Below, piece after piece: positions 46,368 to 56,993 of a stretch of 64,000 nucleotides of DNA (its first letter is position 1; every line of letters starts with the position of its first letter). This DNA is from an uncultured Spirochaetota bacterium (lineage in GTDB: Bacteria > Spirochaetota > Spirochaetia > SZUA-6 > Fen-1364): NCBI GenBank assembly GCA_963845535.1, contig CAWJSK010000023.1, forward strand, positions 32,001 through 96,000, read 5' to 3'. Under the pieces are notes generated by a model, which did no database searches, was not told the origin of the DNA, and saw only the letters and a program-made list of their open reading frames with translations. The position numbers and the translations under genes were made by a program.

Positions 46368-47692
46368 GGCCCTCCGTCACGCTGCTTGTCGCATCTCGCT
46401 ATTTCAGGACGCGTCGCCGCACGGGGAATGCCTCCACCATCCTTTCCATCGTGGGGACCGCCGTGGGCGTGATGGCCCTCACCGTCGTCCTTGCCGTCAT
46501 GAACGGGTTCCAGCTCGGATTCATCGAGCCGATCGTGGAGATCAGCTCCTACCACCTGCAGTTGGCCCCGGACCGCGGCGCCGCGGGAGGTAGCCAATCC
46601 CTCGGTGAGCCGTCGTTTCTCACCCGCATCAAGAGCCTCCCCGATGTGACGGCGCTGGTGCCTTTCGTGGACAGGCAGGCGCTCGTGGAGGGGCCGTACC
46701 AGAAAGCACGCGCGTGCGAGCTGCGCGCCGTTCCGCCGGACCTTTTTGCCCGTGACCCGGTCCAGGCCGCCATGCTTGCCCCGCGGGAGGGTTCGTTCGA
46801 CCTCACGCGTCCGGGCTCCCTTGTCATAGGAGTGGAGCTGGCGGCGGCAACCGGGGTTCGCGTCGGGGATTCCCTGGCTCTTACTTCCTTCGCCATCGGG
46901 CCGTCAGGGAGGCCTGCGCCGCGGCGCGCGGCCTTCCGCGTGACAGGGGTGTTCCGCACGGGCTACTGGGATTTCGACATAGGGCTGGTGTTCACGTCCC
47001 TTGAAACGGCGGACAACGTGTTCGGCTCGGGCGCGCCTCTTCCCCGCACCTACGGCGTGAAGATAGCGGACAGGTTCCTCGACGGCCGCGCGCTCGGGGA
47101 AATACGCCCTCTTCTCTCGGGAACGGGATACACCGTGGAGAGCTGGAGGACATACAACAAGTCCTTCTTCGACGCGCTGTTCATGGAAAAACTGATGATG
47201 ATGGTGCTTGTCGGGCTCATTTTCATCGTGGTCGGCTTCAACGTCTATCATTCGCTGCGAAGGAGCGTGCATGAGCGCATGGAGGAGATCGCCGTCCTCA
47301 AGGCCGTCGGCGTTCCCCCGGGCCGCATCCAGGGGATTTTCGTGCTCGAGGGCCTGATCATCGGCGTTTCGGGCGCGCTCGGCGGGCTGGTGGCAGGCCT
47401 TCTGGTGGCCATGAACGTGAACGGCGTCTTCGCTCTGGTCGAAGCCATTGTCAACGGCCTCCTGCGAGCCGTGCATGCCCTCATCCTGCCGTTTGCCGCC
47501 AATGCCGCTGAAGGGGGCTTTTCCATCTTTTCCCCCGCGTACTTCTACCTTTCCCAAGTGCCTTCCCGGGTCCTTCCCCAGGAAGCGTTTTTCGTATGTT
47601 TCTTCGCCGTGCTCGCCTGCACGGGGGCGGCCTGGGCGGCTTCCCGTGCAGTGTCCCGTTTCCGTCCAGCAGAGGTGCTTCGCTATGAATGA
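46364..47692 (+). CDS. LolC/E-like ABC permease
   Basis: GVMALTVVLAVMNGF, EIAVLKAVG, PAEVLRYE. Confidence 0.92.
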   Translation: MRPSVTLLVASRYFRTRRRTGNASTILSIVGTAVGVMALTVVLAVMNGFQLGFIEPIVEISSYHLQLAPDRGAAGGSQSLGEPSFLTRIKSLPDVTALVPFVDRQALVEGPYQKARACELRAVPPDLFARDPVQAAMLAPREGSFDLTRPGSLVIGVELAAATGVRVGDSLALTSFAIGPSGRPAPRRAAFRVTGVFRTGYWDFDIGLVFTSLETADNVFGSGAPLPRTYGVKIADRFLDGRALGEIRPLLSGTGYTVESWRTYNKSFFDALFMEKLMMMVLVGLIFIVVGFNVYHSLRRSVHERMEEIAVLKAVGVPPGRIQGIFVLEGLIIGVSGALGGLVAGLLVAMNVNGVFALVEAIVNGLLRAVHALILPFAANAAEGGFSIFSPAYFYLSQVPSRVLPQEAFFVCFFAVLACTGAAWAASRAVSRFRPAEVLRYE

Positions 47693-48392
47693 AAACGCAG
47701 GCGGCATGGCGCGGGAGAACCCGCTGGTGGAAGTCCGGGCGCTTGGCCGGCGCTTCCAGACGGGAGCCGAGTCTCTCGAAGTCCTCGTGAACGTGAACCT
47801 CGACGTCGAGCGGGGGACAACCGTTGCCGTCACGGGGGAAAGCGGCTGCGGAAAAAGCACGATGCTTGCGCTCATTGGAGGTCTTGATCACCCCACCGCG
47901 GGAAGCGTACGGGTGGGGGATACCGAGGTAACGGGGCTCGAGGAGTCAGGCCTCAGCAGGTACCGAAGCAGGGACGTGGGATTCATTTTCCAGTTTCACT
48001 TCCTTCTCAAGGACTTCACCGCCCTGGAAAACGTCATCATCCCCGGCATGCTCGGGGGCGTCACGGGGAAAGCCCTGCGCGAGCGCGGCCGGCAGCTCCT
48101 TGACGAGGTAGGCCTGGAAAAGCGCATGAACGCCTGGCCCGTGGAGCTTTCCGGCGGGGAACGCCAGCGGGTTGCGGTGGCGCGCGCCCTCATCAACGAG
48201 CCGCTTCTTCTCCTGGCGGACGAGCCCACGGGGAACCTCGATGAACGGAACGCGGGGAACGTCGAGGAGATGCTGTTCACGCTCGTGGAAAGGCACCAGA
48301 GAACCATGATCCTGGTCACGCATGACCAGGTGCTTGCCGCCCGGGCGGACAGGCGCTTTCTGCTGAGCGGCGGGGTGTTGAGGGACGGATGA
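47685..48392 (+). CDS. lolD: LolD-like ABC ATP-binding protein
   Basis: GESGCGKST, FQFHFLL, LSGGERQRVA, DEPTGNLD; ATG 47685. Confidence 0.88.
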   Translation: MNENAGGMARENPLVEVRALGRRFQTGAESLEVLVNVNLDVERGTTVAVTGESGCGKSTMLALIGGLDHPTAGSVRVGDTEVTGLEESGLSRYRSRDVGFIFQFHFLLKDFTALENVIIPGMLGGVTGKALRERGRQLLDEVGLEKRMNAWPVELSGGERQRVAVARALINEPLLLLADEPTGNLDERNAGNVEEMLFTLVERHQRTMILVTHDQVLAARADRRFLLSGGVLRDG

Positions 48393-49693
48393 GAGCGCGC
48401 CTGGCTTTTTTCCTCAGCTCGCGGATGCTCAGGGGGAGGGACGGCACGGCCAGATACTTGCGCGGTTCCGTGCTCGGGATCGCCGTGAGCCTGGTTCCCT
48501 TGATTGTCGTGATGGAGGTCTCCACGGGCATGATCGAGGGGATCACCGCGCGCCTTCTCGAGGTGGGCACCTACCACGTGCAGGTCGCCCTGCCTTCGGG
48601 AACGCCGCTTTCGGACATGCAAAGCCGCGCCGCCGCAATCGCGGCCGTGCCCGACGTGGTTGCCGCCATCCCCGAGCGGCAGGGCACCGGCCTCCTTGTC
48701 ACGGGCAGCGCGGCGGCTGCCGTCAGCATCCGCTGCGTGCCGTCCGACGTGTTTGCCGTGGACTCCGGATTTCGGTCCCACGTCACCCTCCGGGCCGGGT
48801 CCTTCGACTTGTCCCGGGCGGACTCCCTTTTGGTGAGCGCCGCGCTGGCCTCCTCACTGGGGGTCATGGTTGGAGACCGGGTGAACCTCCTCACGACGTT
48901 TGGAGAAAATCTCAGCGGAGCGGCCCGCGTGACCCCTCTCGTCGTCAGCGGCGTGTACGAAACCGGCTACCAGGAGCTGGACAAGACGCTTGTCTACGGC
49001 TCCCTCGGCCTCGCATCCAAGTTCCTCTCCCCCCATGGCTCGCGCGCGCTGATCGGCGTGAAAGTAAGGCATCCGTTCGCCGACCTCGGGAGCGTGACGG
49101 AGGCCATCTCCCAGGCGGCGGGGGGCGACACGCGGGTGGCCACGTGGCGGGAGATCGAGTACCCGAGGATGGCGAGCTTCCGCACCACGAAGGCGCTCCT
49201 CCTTTTCATCATGGCGTTGATTGTCGCGGTGGCGTCGGTGAACGTTTCCTCGTCCGTTCTCATGATCGTCTTCGAACGGCGCAACGAAATCGGGATTCTC
49301 AAGTCCATCGGAGTGGGGGAGAGGTCCCTCTCCCTGTCCTTCCTCCTCACCGGCTTCATAACGGGCCTCATTGGCACGGCCGTTGGGATCGGAGCCGGGC
49401 TGCTTGTTGCGGTGAACATCAACGAAGTGATTTCCGGCCTGGAGTGGACGGTGAACGCGGTCCTGGAGGGCGTCTCGCTGTTGCGGTCAGTGTTTCAACC
49501 CTCTGCCCGCGCCATTGGAACATTCACGGTATTCAACAGCGCGTATTACCTGAAGTCGATCCCCATCAGGATCGACGCCGCGGAAGTCACCACGGCGGCG
49601 GTGGCCACGCTGCTCCTCTGCGCTTTGGCCTCCTGGCTGCCGGCCGCCCGGGCGTCCCGAACAAAGCCTCTTTCAATCCTGCGAAAAGTCTGA
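48389..49693 (+). CDS. LolC/E-like ABC permease
   Basis: FtsX/MacB-like; EIGILKSIG, PAARASRTKP. Confidence 0.9.
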   Translation: MRARLAFFLSSRMLRGRDGTARYLRGSVLGIAVSLVPLIVVMEVSTGMIEGITARLLEVGTYHVQVALPSGTPLSDMQSRAAAIAAVPDVVAAIPERQGTGLLVTGSAAAAVSIRCVPSDVFAVDSGFRSHVTLRAGSFDLSRADSLLVSAALASSLGVMVGDRVNLLTTFGENLSGAARVTPLVVSGVYETGYQELDKTLVYGSLGLASKFLSPHGSRALIGVKVRHPFADLGSVTEAISQAAGGDTRVATWREIEYPRMASFRTTKALLLFIMALIVAVASVNVSSSVLMIVFERRNEIGILKSIGVGERSLSLSFLLTGFITGLIGTAVGIGAGLLVAVNINEVISGLEWTVNAVLEGVSLLRSVFQPSARAIGTFTVFNSAYYLKSIPIRIDAAEVTTAAVATLLLCALASWLPAARASRTKPLSILRKV

Positions 49694-51982
49694 TGGAGCG
49701 ACCCCCGTCTGCTTTTTCGTGAGCGAGGAAAGACCGAACATCCGTTTCATTCTTCCGGGATTGGCTTCGTGCAGCGGAGCATGTCCCGCGCCAAGACTGC
49801 GCACATGGCGGAGGAAGCCGGGCAAACGCTTGCGAAACGAGCTCCAATCCTTCCTCGAAGCCGGAGACCAACCCGTTTCCGCGCAGGCGCACAGGCGGGG
49901 AAACACCTGGTACCACAGCCTTTGGGGCGTGGGAACCATTTCCGTCCAGAGCGGGGCTTCCAACCCCACCGTCCGTTTTGCGCTTTCCTCATCCAGCCCG
50001 GGAAGGACCGGATCATAGCGATACGCCCGGTCAAGCGGCGTCAAGGAATGCGCATGATCGAGATAGCAGTCCCAGTAGGAGGAGCCGATCACCTCCCGTC
50101 CTTTTCGCATGGACGCCATCAGCTCGTCTTCGTGCCCGCGCCAGAACTGGAGCCTTACCCCGGGATCAAGCCGAGGGCCAAGGGCATCGTTCCACGCAAC
50201 AGTGCCTTTTCCTTTCGTGCGGAGGAAAGCGGCCATGCGATTAAGCATCCATGTCTGGAGGCCGGAAAAGTCGTCGAGCCCGAGGCTTTTCAAACGGGCG
50301 TTGCACGCCGGGCATTCTTTCCATCGCTCCTTGGGCGCTTCGTCGCCACCGAGATGGAACCAGGGCCCCGGAAAAAGCTCCGCAAGCTCTTCCAGCACTC
50401 CTTGAAGGAACTCGAAAGTGGTTTCCTTTCCCGCGCACAGGAGCTCAGGCTGGATGCCGATGTGGTCCCAGACCGAGTACGGGCCGCCCGTGCATCCCAG
50501 CCATGGATATGAAGCGAGAGCGCTCAACGCGTGGCCGGGGAGCTCCACTTCCGGCACGATGGTGATGAACCTTTCAGATGCGTAGGAGACGATCCGGCGA
50601 ATCTCCTCCTGGGTGTAGAAGCCGGAGTGGGGGACATTATCCGGCTTCCCCCGGGGATAGCTCATTGAGCCCGCGCGTACGGAACCGATGCGCGTCAGCT
50701 CAGGGTATCGCTTGATCTCAACTCTCCATCCCTGGTCCTCGGTAAGGTGCCAGTGAAAAACGTTCAGCTTCTCCAGCGCCATGAGATCGAGGAGCCTCGT
50801 GACGGTCTCTTCGCCCTGAAAGAATCTGCCTTCATCGAGCATGAAACCGCGCCAGGAAAAGCGCGGCGCATCCTCGATTTCGACGCAAGGCGCGCCGCAC
50901 AGCTCCCCTTCGCCGCGCAGCAGTTGCCGGAACGTCTGGATGGCGTAGAAAATGCCGGCGGGCTCGGCGGCCCGCATCTCTACACGGTCGGGACGCACGG
51001 AGAGCCTGTATCCCTCGTTACCGAGGGCGCTGCGGAGTAAAGGATCAAGCTTCAGGGAAATCGGGGAGACTTCCGCCTTCAGTGCTTCACCGCTCAGGGC
51101 CGGGCGTCCCGTGGCAGTTTTCACAATGTGCTCGAGATGCCGGGCAACGCCGGCGAGCCGCGCCTCCCGAAGGATGAATGCGCCTCCCGCGGGCGCACTT
51201 CCCATGGATCCGCTTCCCATGGATCCGCTTCCGTGGAGGACAAAGAAGCCGGGCGTGAGCTCCAGCGCGCGCGGCTGGGGGATGATGGAATGACTGACGG
51301 CGGAGCCGATGCGCTTTGCAAAAACGATGGCGATGTGGCCCTCCAATCCGCGCCAGGATGTGCCAGGCCTTTGCTCGAGCATGGTGTAGCCGATTTTCCG
51401 GTAGAAAGGGAGAGCCTTGAGGTTGCGGTTCGATGTCACGAGATGGATTCCAGCGACGCCAATGCCGGACATGCGCTGTTCGAAAAGCCCCATGAGGCTT
51501 TCTCCAATGCCCATGCGCTGATACCCGGGCAGGATGTTGATGTGGAGGTGGGCCGGGTAGTCATCATAATACTTTTCCCCAATCCCTCCGCGGGCTCCCG
51601 ACCACGCGAGCGCCTGGCGGAAAGACTCCGGGTGCCTCCACCAGCTCACGAGGAACATCCTGAGCGTGATACGCCAGCGCATGCGGCGCGCGAAAAGCTT
51701 GTCATGAATCCGGGAATCCGCCGCGCCGATGATGTACCCGATCACGCGCCCGTCCGATGCGTCGAAAGCTACGAACGCGTTCTCGGCATGGTACCTGAGA
51801 TAGCATTCCGTGTTGAAAAGCGCGAAAAGCCGGCGGTAATTGAACAGCCCCCTGCCGTGGAGGTCTTCCCCGAGGAAGCCGGTCCGATGGAGAATATTGG
51901 TGACCTCGGGGCGGTCCTCTCTGCGGTACGGGCGGTATCCGATTTTTTCCTTGGGCGCGGTTATTGCTGGTTCCGGGCTCAT
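49673..51982 (-). CDS. GNAT acetyltransferase - GH20 beta-N-acetylhexosaminidase fusion
   Basis: N-terminal YPAHLHINILPGYQRMGIG and ALPFYRKIG; then IIPQP, DAPRFSWRGFMLD, FHWHLTEDQGWR, HLGGDEA; promoter TTGCAG-N17-TACGAT at 52021-51993. Confidence 0.88.
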   Translation of the reverse strand: MSPEPAITAPKEKIGYRPYRREDRPEVTNILHRTGFLGEDLHGRGLFNYRRLFALFNTECYLRYHAENAFVAFDASDGRVIGYIIGAADSRIHDKLFARRMRWRITLRMFLVSWWRHPESFRQALAWSGARGGIGEKYYDDYPAHLHINILPGYQRMGIGESLMGLFEQRMSGIGVAGIHLVTSNRNLKALPFYRKIGYTMLEQRPGTSWRGLEGHIAIVFAKRIGSAVSHSIIPQPRALELTPGFFVLHGSGSMGSGSMGSAPAGGAFILREARLAGVARHLEHIVKTATGRPALSGEALKAEVSPISLKLDPLLRSALGNEGYRLSVRPDRVEMRAAEPAGIFYAIQTFRQLLRGEGELCGAPCVEIEDAPRFSWRGFMLDEGRFFQGEETVTRLLDLMALEKLNVFHWHLTEDQGWRVEIKRYPELTRIGSVRAGSMSYPRGKPDNVPHSGFYTQEEIRRIVSYASERFITIVPEVELPGHALSALASYPWLGCTGGPYSVWDHIGIQPELLCAGKETTFEFLQGVLEELAELFPGPWFHLGGDEAPKERWKECPACNARLKSLGLDDFSGLQTWMLNRMAAFLRTKGKGTVAWNDALGPRLDPGVRLQFWRGHEDELMASMRKGREVIGSSYWDCYLDHAHSLTPLDRAYRYDPVLPGLDEESAKRTVGLEAPLWTEMVPTPQRLWYQVFPRLCACAETGWSPASRKDWSSFRKRLPGFLRHVRSLGAGHAPLHEANPGRMKRMFGLSSLTKKQTGVAPSDFSQD
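51198..51232. repeat. 15-bp tandem repeat (2.3 copies) encoding GSGSMGSGSMGS
   Basis: CTTCCCATGGATCCG x2 plus CTTCC. Confidence 0.85.
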
Positions 51983-52110
51983 GCGTGCGAAAATCGTACA
52001 CCCGCCCGAGTTTTGCTGCAATCGAGAGCCTGGCGGGACTGACCTGGCCGTTTTACCAGACTATGCTCCGTAGATTTGAGGACTGGGATTTTGTATACTG
52101 TCAGTGACAA

Positions 52111-52605
52111 ATGAAATGCGAGATTTGCGGGCTGAAAGATGCCGTCATCCACATACGACAGATCCAGAAGGACCTGGTGCATGAGCTGCACATCTGCGAG
52201 GAGTGCGCGCAGGAGAAGGGGCTGATCCGTGAGGAGGAGTCCGAGCTTCCCATCGCCAACCTGCTCTCAGGGCTGCTGGAAGGCAAGGACATGACCGGAG
52301 CCGGGGACGTGAAAGAGGCCTGCCCACGCTGCGGCATGAAGGCATCCGAGTTCCGCAAGCAGGGCAAGCTCGGGTGCGCCGAGTGTTTTTCCGCGTTCCA
52401 GAAGGACGTAAAAGCCATCGTGTCCCAGATGGCGGCCCGTCCTCATCACGCGGGGAGGCTGCCCAGGTCCTTTGCCGAGCAGTCGGGCGTGGCGCTGGAG
52501 AATGACACGCTTCGCGAGGCGCTGCGGGAGGCCGTGGAGAAGGAGGACTACGAAGAGGCCGCGCGCCTGCGGGACAGGATCCGGGAGGTGGACAGCAGTG
52601 TTTGA
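52111..52605 (+). CDS. mcsA: Protein-arginine kinase activator McsA
   Basis: Four CxxC motifs plus UVR domain (EDYEEAARLRD). Confidence 0.92.
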   Translation: MKCEICGLKDAVIHIRQIQKDLVHELHICEECAQEKGLIREEESELPIANLLSGLLEGKDMTGAGDVKEACPRCGMKASEFRKQGKLGCAECFSAFQKDVKAIVSQMAARPHHAGRLPRSFAEQSGVALENDTLREALREAVEKEDYEEAARLRDRIREVDSSV

Positions 52606-53695
52606 CTTCACCGGTCTCTCCGACATGAAAGGCTGGATGCGCGTTCCGGGAGAAGCGGTGAGCACGGAGGTGTCAGGGGACTCCCCGGGAAGCGTGGTCA
52701 TTTCCAGCCGTGTCCGCCTGGCGCGGAACCTGAAAGCCTATCCTTTTCCCGGACGCTGCCCGGCGGAGCTTGAGAAAGAGTACCGTGACAGGATCATTGC
52801 GGCGTTTCAGCGATTGCCGAACGCGCAGGATTTTGCGATAATCTATCTCGACGATCTCTCCGCGCTGGAGAGAAGGATCCTCTTCGAGAGGAACCTCATC
52901 TCCCAGGGCTTTTCGCTTGAAAAGCAGAAAGCTGTAGTCCTCAGCGCGGATGAAACCGTTGCAGGGATCATCGGGGAAGACGACCATCTTCGCCTGGTGG
53001 GCATCAGATCGGGAGCATGCCTTGAGTCGCTTCTGGGAAGGCTCGAGGTAATTGACTCGGACCTGGAGGAGTCGCTCGCTTTCGCGGTGTCGGCCGAGTG
53101 GGGATACCTCAATACGGCTATTACCAACCTCGGGACCGGCCTGAAGGCTTCCATGATGCTGCATCTGCCCGCCCTATCCATGAGCGGTCTCATCAAGAGA
53201 GCGGTCAAGGCATCCGCGCAGCTCGGTCTCTCCATACGGGGATTCTTCAGCGAGAGCATGGAATCCCTGGGAGACATGTATATCATTGCAAATGAGATCA
53301 CAATCGGGCTGGCGGAGAGGGAGATCATCGGGAATCTGGGCCGTATTGCGGTCCAGCTTGCCGGCTACGAGAACAGGACGAGAGAGGAGCTGATGGACAA
53401 GAGGCGCATCGACATCGAAGACAGGGTCTTCCGGGCGTGGGGGCTTCTGTCCTCCTGCCGTTACATAACGCACCGGGAGGCCATCGAATCCCTGTCCGCG
53501 CTCCGCCTGGGGATAGCCCTGGGCCTCATCGCGGCAATGGACGCGCCAACCATCACGGCGCTCCTCTTTCTCTCGCAGAAATCTCATATTCAGCGGGTGC
53601 TCCAGACCCAGGCGGAGCCCGTGGACACGAAGCTCATTGACTACACGCGGGCCAAGATCATCCGAGAGGCGTTGACGCAGGGAAGGGGAGGCTGA
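52598..53695 (+). CDS. mcsB: McsB-like ATP:guanido phosphotransferase (divergent active site)
   Basis: [33 protein letters not shown] 52598; between mcsA and clpC. Confidence 0.88.
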   Translation: MFDFTGLSDMKGWMRVPGEAVSTEVSGDSPGSVVISSRVRLARNLKAYPFPGRCPAELEKEYRDRIIAAFQRLPNAQDFAIIYLDDLSALERRILFERNLISQGFSLEKQKAVVLSADETVAGIIGEDDHLRLVGIRSGACLESLLGRLEVIDSDLEESLAFAVSAEWGYLNTAITNLGTGLKASMMLHLPALSMSGLIKRAVKASAQLGLSIRGFFSESMESLGDMYIIANEITIGLAEREIIGNLGRIAVQLAGYENRTREELMDKRRIDIEDRVFRAWGLLSSCRYITHREAIESLSALRLGIALGLIAAMDAPTITALLFLSQKSHIQRVLQTQAEPVDTKLIDYTRAKIIREALTQGRGG

Positions 53696-53699
53696 CGTC

Positions 53700-56228
53700 A
53701 TGTTCAAGGGACTTACGCAGCGGGCACAGAAGGTTCTCACCATCCTGGCGCAGGAGGAAGCCAAGCGCTTCCATTCGGACCAGCTCCTGCCGGAGCATAT
53801 CATCCTTGCACTCCTGAAGGACGGAGAGGGCGTTGCGGTCAAGGCTCTCCAGCGGATCAAGGTGAATATCGCGGAGATGCAGTCCGAGATCGAGAAGAGC
53901 CTTCCGAAGGGGAAAGGCGGGCTCATCCTGGGGGATGTTCCGCCGTCCAAGCGCGGGCAGAAAATCCTCGAGGATTCCGCGGAAGAGGCCCGCAACATGG
54001 GCCATGAATACATCGGAACCGAGCACCTTCTCCTGGCTTCCGTGAAGGAGCAGGGCAGCATTGTGGCGCGCTATCTGGCGCGCTATAACATCACTCCGAA
54101 CGGTCTGCGGGAGGCAATCCTCCAGATCAGCGGAACCGGTGACTACAAGGCCGGGCAATCGCTCACCGGCAAGAAAAAGGCGCAGGCTCCCACGAAGAAA
54201 CCCACTCCCACCCTGGACGAGTTCGGCAGGGATCTCACGGCCTTCGCGCGTGAGAACAAGCTGGACCCGGTGATCGGCAGGGAGAAAGAGATCCAGAGGG
54301 TCATTCAAATCCTCGCCCGGCGCACGAAGAACAACCCCGTGCTCATTGGAGAGCCAGGGGTCGGGAAGACCGCCATCGTCGAAGGGCTTGCGCAGAAGAT
54401 CGTGGACGGCACCGTGCCGGAGGTGCTCATTGGCAAGAGGGTGCTCACGCTGGACCTCGCGTCGCTCGTTGCCGGCACGAAGTACCGCGGTGAGTTCGAG
54501 GAGCGCCTCAAGAGGGTCATGAAAGAGATCCTCACCGCGGGCAATGTGGTGCTCTTTATTGACGAGCTGCACACCATCATCGGGGCAGGCGGGGCCGAAG
54601 GCGCAATCGACGCCTCCAACATGCTGAAGCCGGCACTCTCACGCGGAGAGCTTCAGTGCATTGGCGCAACGACCCTCAACGAATACAAGAAGCACATAGA
54701 GAAAGACGCCGCGCTGGAGAGGCGTTTCCAGCCCATCTACGTGAGTGAACCCTCGGTGGATGAAACCGTTGAAATCCTGAAAGGGATCAAGAAGAACTAT
54801 GAGGAGCACCACCACGTCACCTATACTCCCGCGGCAATCGAGGCAGCCTCCACGCTCTCCCGCCGCTACATAACGGAGCGCTACCTTCCTGACAAGGCCA
54901 TCGACCTCATTGACGAATCGGGGTCCCGCAGGCGCATCAGGAACTCCATCCGTCCGCGGGAGCTCGCGGACCTGGAAAAGGAGATCGAACGGCTCAACGC
55001 GGAGAAGACGAACCTCGTCAACACGCAGAACTACGAGAAGGCCGCCGCGGTGCGCGACATGGTGCGCCAGCTCAAGGTCAAGGTGGACGACATCAAGAAG
55101 ACGTGGGAAAGCACCATCGCGGTGGAAGAGAACGTCGTGGACGTGGAGGACATCCAGCAGGTGATCTCCGACATGACGGGGATCCCGCTTTCGCGCATCG
55201 TGCAGAGCGAATCGGAGAAGCTGCTCCATATCGAGGAAGAGCTGCACAAGAAGGTGATCGGACAGGAAGAGGCCATCTCCGTCATTGCCTCCGCCATCCG
55301 CCGGTCCCGCACGGGCCTCTCCTCGGCGCGCAGGCCGCTGGGCTCGTTCGTTTTCCTGGGACCCACGGGGGTGGGGAAGACACTCGTGGCCAAGACGCTG
55401 GCGGAGTTCCTTTTCGGAGACCCTGACGCGCTGGTCCGCATCGACATGTCGGACTTCATGGAGAAGCACAACGTGTCGCGGCTCGTCGGAGCGCCTCCGG
55501 GGTACGTGGGATATGAAGAGGGCGGGCTGCTGACGGAGAAGATCCGCAGGAGGCCGTTCAGCGTCATCCTTCTGGATGAGATCGAGAAGGCGCACCCGGA
55601 CGTGTTCAACATCCTTCTGCAAGTCCTTGAAGAGGGACAGCTTTCCGACAACCTCGGGCACTCGGTGTCCTTCCGCAATTCTGTCATGATCATGACCTCC
55701 AACCTCGGAGCCCGGGAGATCAACAAGGATTCCACGCTCGGGTTCCAGTCCGAAGAGGGCGGGATGAACTTCAAGGACATCCGCAACTTCGTAATGGCGG
55801 AAGTGAAGCGGGCGTTCAACCCAGAGTTCATCAACAGGATCGATGAGATCGTCGTTTTCCATAACCTCGACAGGACGCACCTGGGCCAGATATTCGACCT
55901 CATGGTGAAAGAGATTTCGGAACGCCTGGTCGAGCAGAAGATCACGATCTCCGTGAAGAAAAAGGCGCGCGAATATCTGATCGAGAAGGGCTTTGATGAG
56001 AAGTTCGGCGCCCGCCCGCTGCGCCGCCTGTTGCAGAAAGAGGTGGAGGATCCGCTCTCTCTGGAGATCCTCCGAGGGAAGTTCCAGGCGGGAGACGCCA
56101 TTGACATCGACATTCGTGCGGAGAAGGTCACCTTCAAGAAGCAGGAGCCGCGCAATGTGCTGCCGCTCACGCCTCAGCCCGCCGGCCTCCTGCCGGGAGA
56201 AAAGGAGCCTGAAAAGGTCACCACGTGA
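53700..56228 (+). CDS. clpC: ATP-dependent Clp protease ATPase subunit ClpC
   Basis: Clp-N repeats, GEPGVGKT and [11 protein letters not shown] modules, UVR middle domain, LGF loop. Confidence 0.96.
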   Translation: MFKGLTQRAQKVLTILAQEEAKRFHSDQLLPEHIILALLKDGEGVAVKALQRIKVNIAEMQSEIEKSLPKGKGGLILGDVPPSKRGQKILEDSAEEARNMGHEYIGTEHLLLASVKEQGSIVARYLARYNITPNGLREAILQISGTGDYKAGQSLTGKKKAQAPTKKPTPTLDEFGRDLTAFARENKLDPVIGREKEIQRVIQILARRTKNNPVLIGEPGVGKTAIVEGLAQKIVDGTVPEVLIGKRVLTLDLASLVAGTKYRGEFEERLKRVMKEILTAGNVVLFIDELHTIIGAGGAEGAIDASNMLKPALSRGELQCIGATTLNEYKKHIEKDAALERRFQPIYVSEPSVDETVEILKGIKKNYEEHHHVTYTPAAIEAASTLSRRYITERYLPDKAIDLIDESGSRRRIRNSIRPRELADLEKEIERLNAEKTNLVNTQNYEKAAAVRDMVRQLKVKVDDIKKTWESTIAVEENVVDVEDIQQVISDMTGIPLSRIVQSESEKLLHIEEELHKKVIGQEEAISVIASAIRRSRTGLSSARRPLGSFVFLGPTGVGKTLVAKTLAEFLFGDPDALVRIDMSDFMEKHNVSRLVGAPPGYVGYEEGGLLTEKIRRRPFSVILLDEIEKAHPDVFNILLQVLEEGQLSDNLGHSVSFRNSVMIMTSNLGAREINKDSTLGFQSEEGGMNFKDIRNFVMAEVKRAFNPEFINRIDEIVVFHNLDRTHLGQIFDLMVKEISERLVEQKITISVKKKAREYLIEKGFDEKFGARPLRRLLQKEVEDPLSLEILRGKFQAGDAIDIDIRAEKVTFKKQEPRNVLPLTPQPAGLLPGEKEPEKVTT

Positions 56229-56246
56229 GCCCCGGCACGCAGTCGG

Positions 56247-56266
56247 GGCCTCGTGGCTGAGGCCCG
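56247..56266 (+). terminator. GC hairpin after clpC (no U-tract)
   Basis: GGGCCTC-GTGGCT-GAGGCCC. Confidence 0.35.
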
Positions 56267-56405
56267 GCAACTACGAGAAAGCGTTGACGCGATGACGCAA
56301 TGTCTGCGGATCGCATAGCTGTTCCCTGCCCATACCGATCTCGGAGCCGAATTGCCCCCCCTCGCTGAAAGCCGCGCGCCAGGTGTTGGCGGTATATTTC
56401 TCCGT

Positions 56406-56987
56406 ATGGAGGGGATCGCGCTCGGGGCGGCTTCTTTCTGCGTCATCTTCTGGGTGGACGTGCTTTCGTTGAAAGGGATGCGCGCCGTGCAGCCCATCGT
56501 GTGGATTTCCAGTACCGCCCTGTTTGCCGCCGGGCTCGTACTGTGCCTTGAGCATCCCGGCAGCCTCTCTCTGCCCGTGCCGGTGCGCGCCCTCGGGTGG
56601 GCACTGACCATCGCGTTCGGCTTGCTGCTTATCTACTCCTTGTTTGTCGAAATCCCGCTGTTTCAGGCGCCTTCGAAAGTGGTATCCCGCGGCACGTATG
56701 CCTTGTGCCGTCATCCCGGGGTGCTCTGGTTCTCCGCAATGCTGGCGGCGCTTTTCCTGGCCCGCGGTTCAACGTGGCTGCTCCTGGCGGCGCCGGTCTG
56801 GATTTCACTCGATGTCCTGTATGCCGTGCTGCAGGAGAGACTTTTCTTCGTCCGCCTGTTCGGCGCGGGGTACCGTTCGTATCAGCGGGAAGTCCCAATG
56901 TTCCTCCCGACCTCCCGAAGCGCGCGCGAATGCGCTCGGACGATCTTTCGCGGCGAAAGCGGGGGAGAAATGAACGTGAAGAGGTGA
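56406..56987 (+). CDS. ICMT/PEMT-like membrane methyltransferase family protein
   Basis: TM helices; VVSRGTYALCRHPGVLW, QERL, LFGAGYRSYQREVPMFLP. Confidence 0.82.
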   Translation: MEGIALGAASFCVIFWVDVLSLKGMRAVQPIVWISSTALFAAGLVLCLEHPGSLSLPVPVRALGWALTIAFGLLLIYSLFVEIPLFQAPSKVVSRGTYALCRHPGVLWFSAMLAALFLARGSTWLLLAAPVWISLDVLYAVLQERLFFVRLFGAGYRSYQREVPMFLPTSRSARECARTIFRGESGGEMNVKR

Positions 56988-56993
56988 ACGCGG

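Noticed and set aside
52022..52110. CtsR or CIRCE operator upstream of mcsA
   Set aside because: No GGTCAAA direct repeat or CIRCE; only a weak TGTCA-G-TGACA palindrome
54639..56270. Long antisense ORFs (e.g. 54639-56270, 3641-4786, 6670-7782, 23225-24355, 60553-61707)
   Set aside because: Shadow frames opposite well-supported genes, expected in GC-rich DNA; no recognisable motifs
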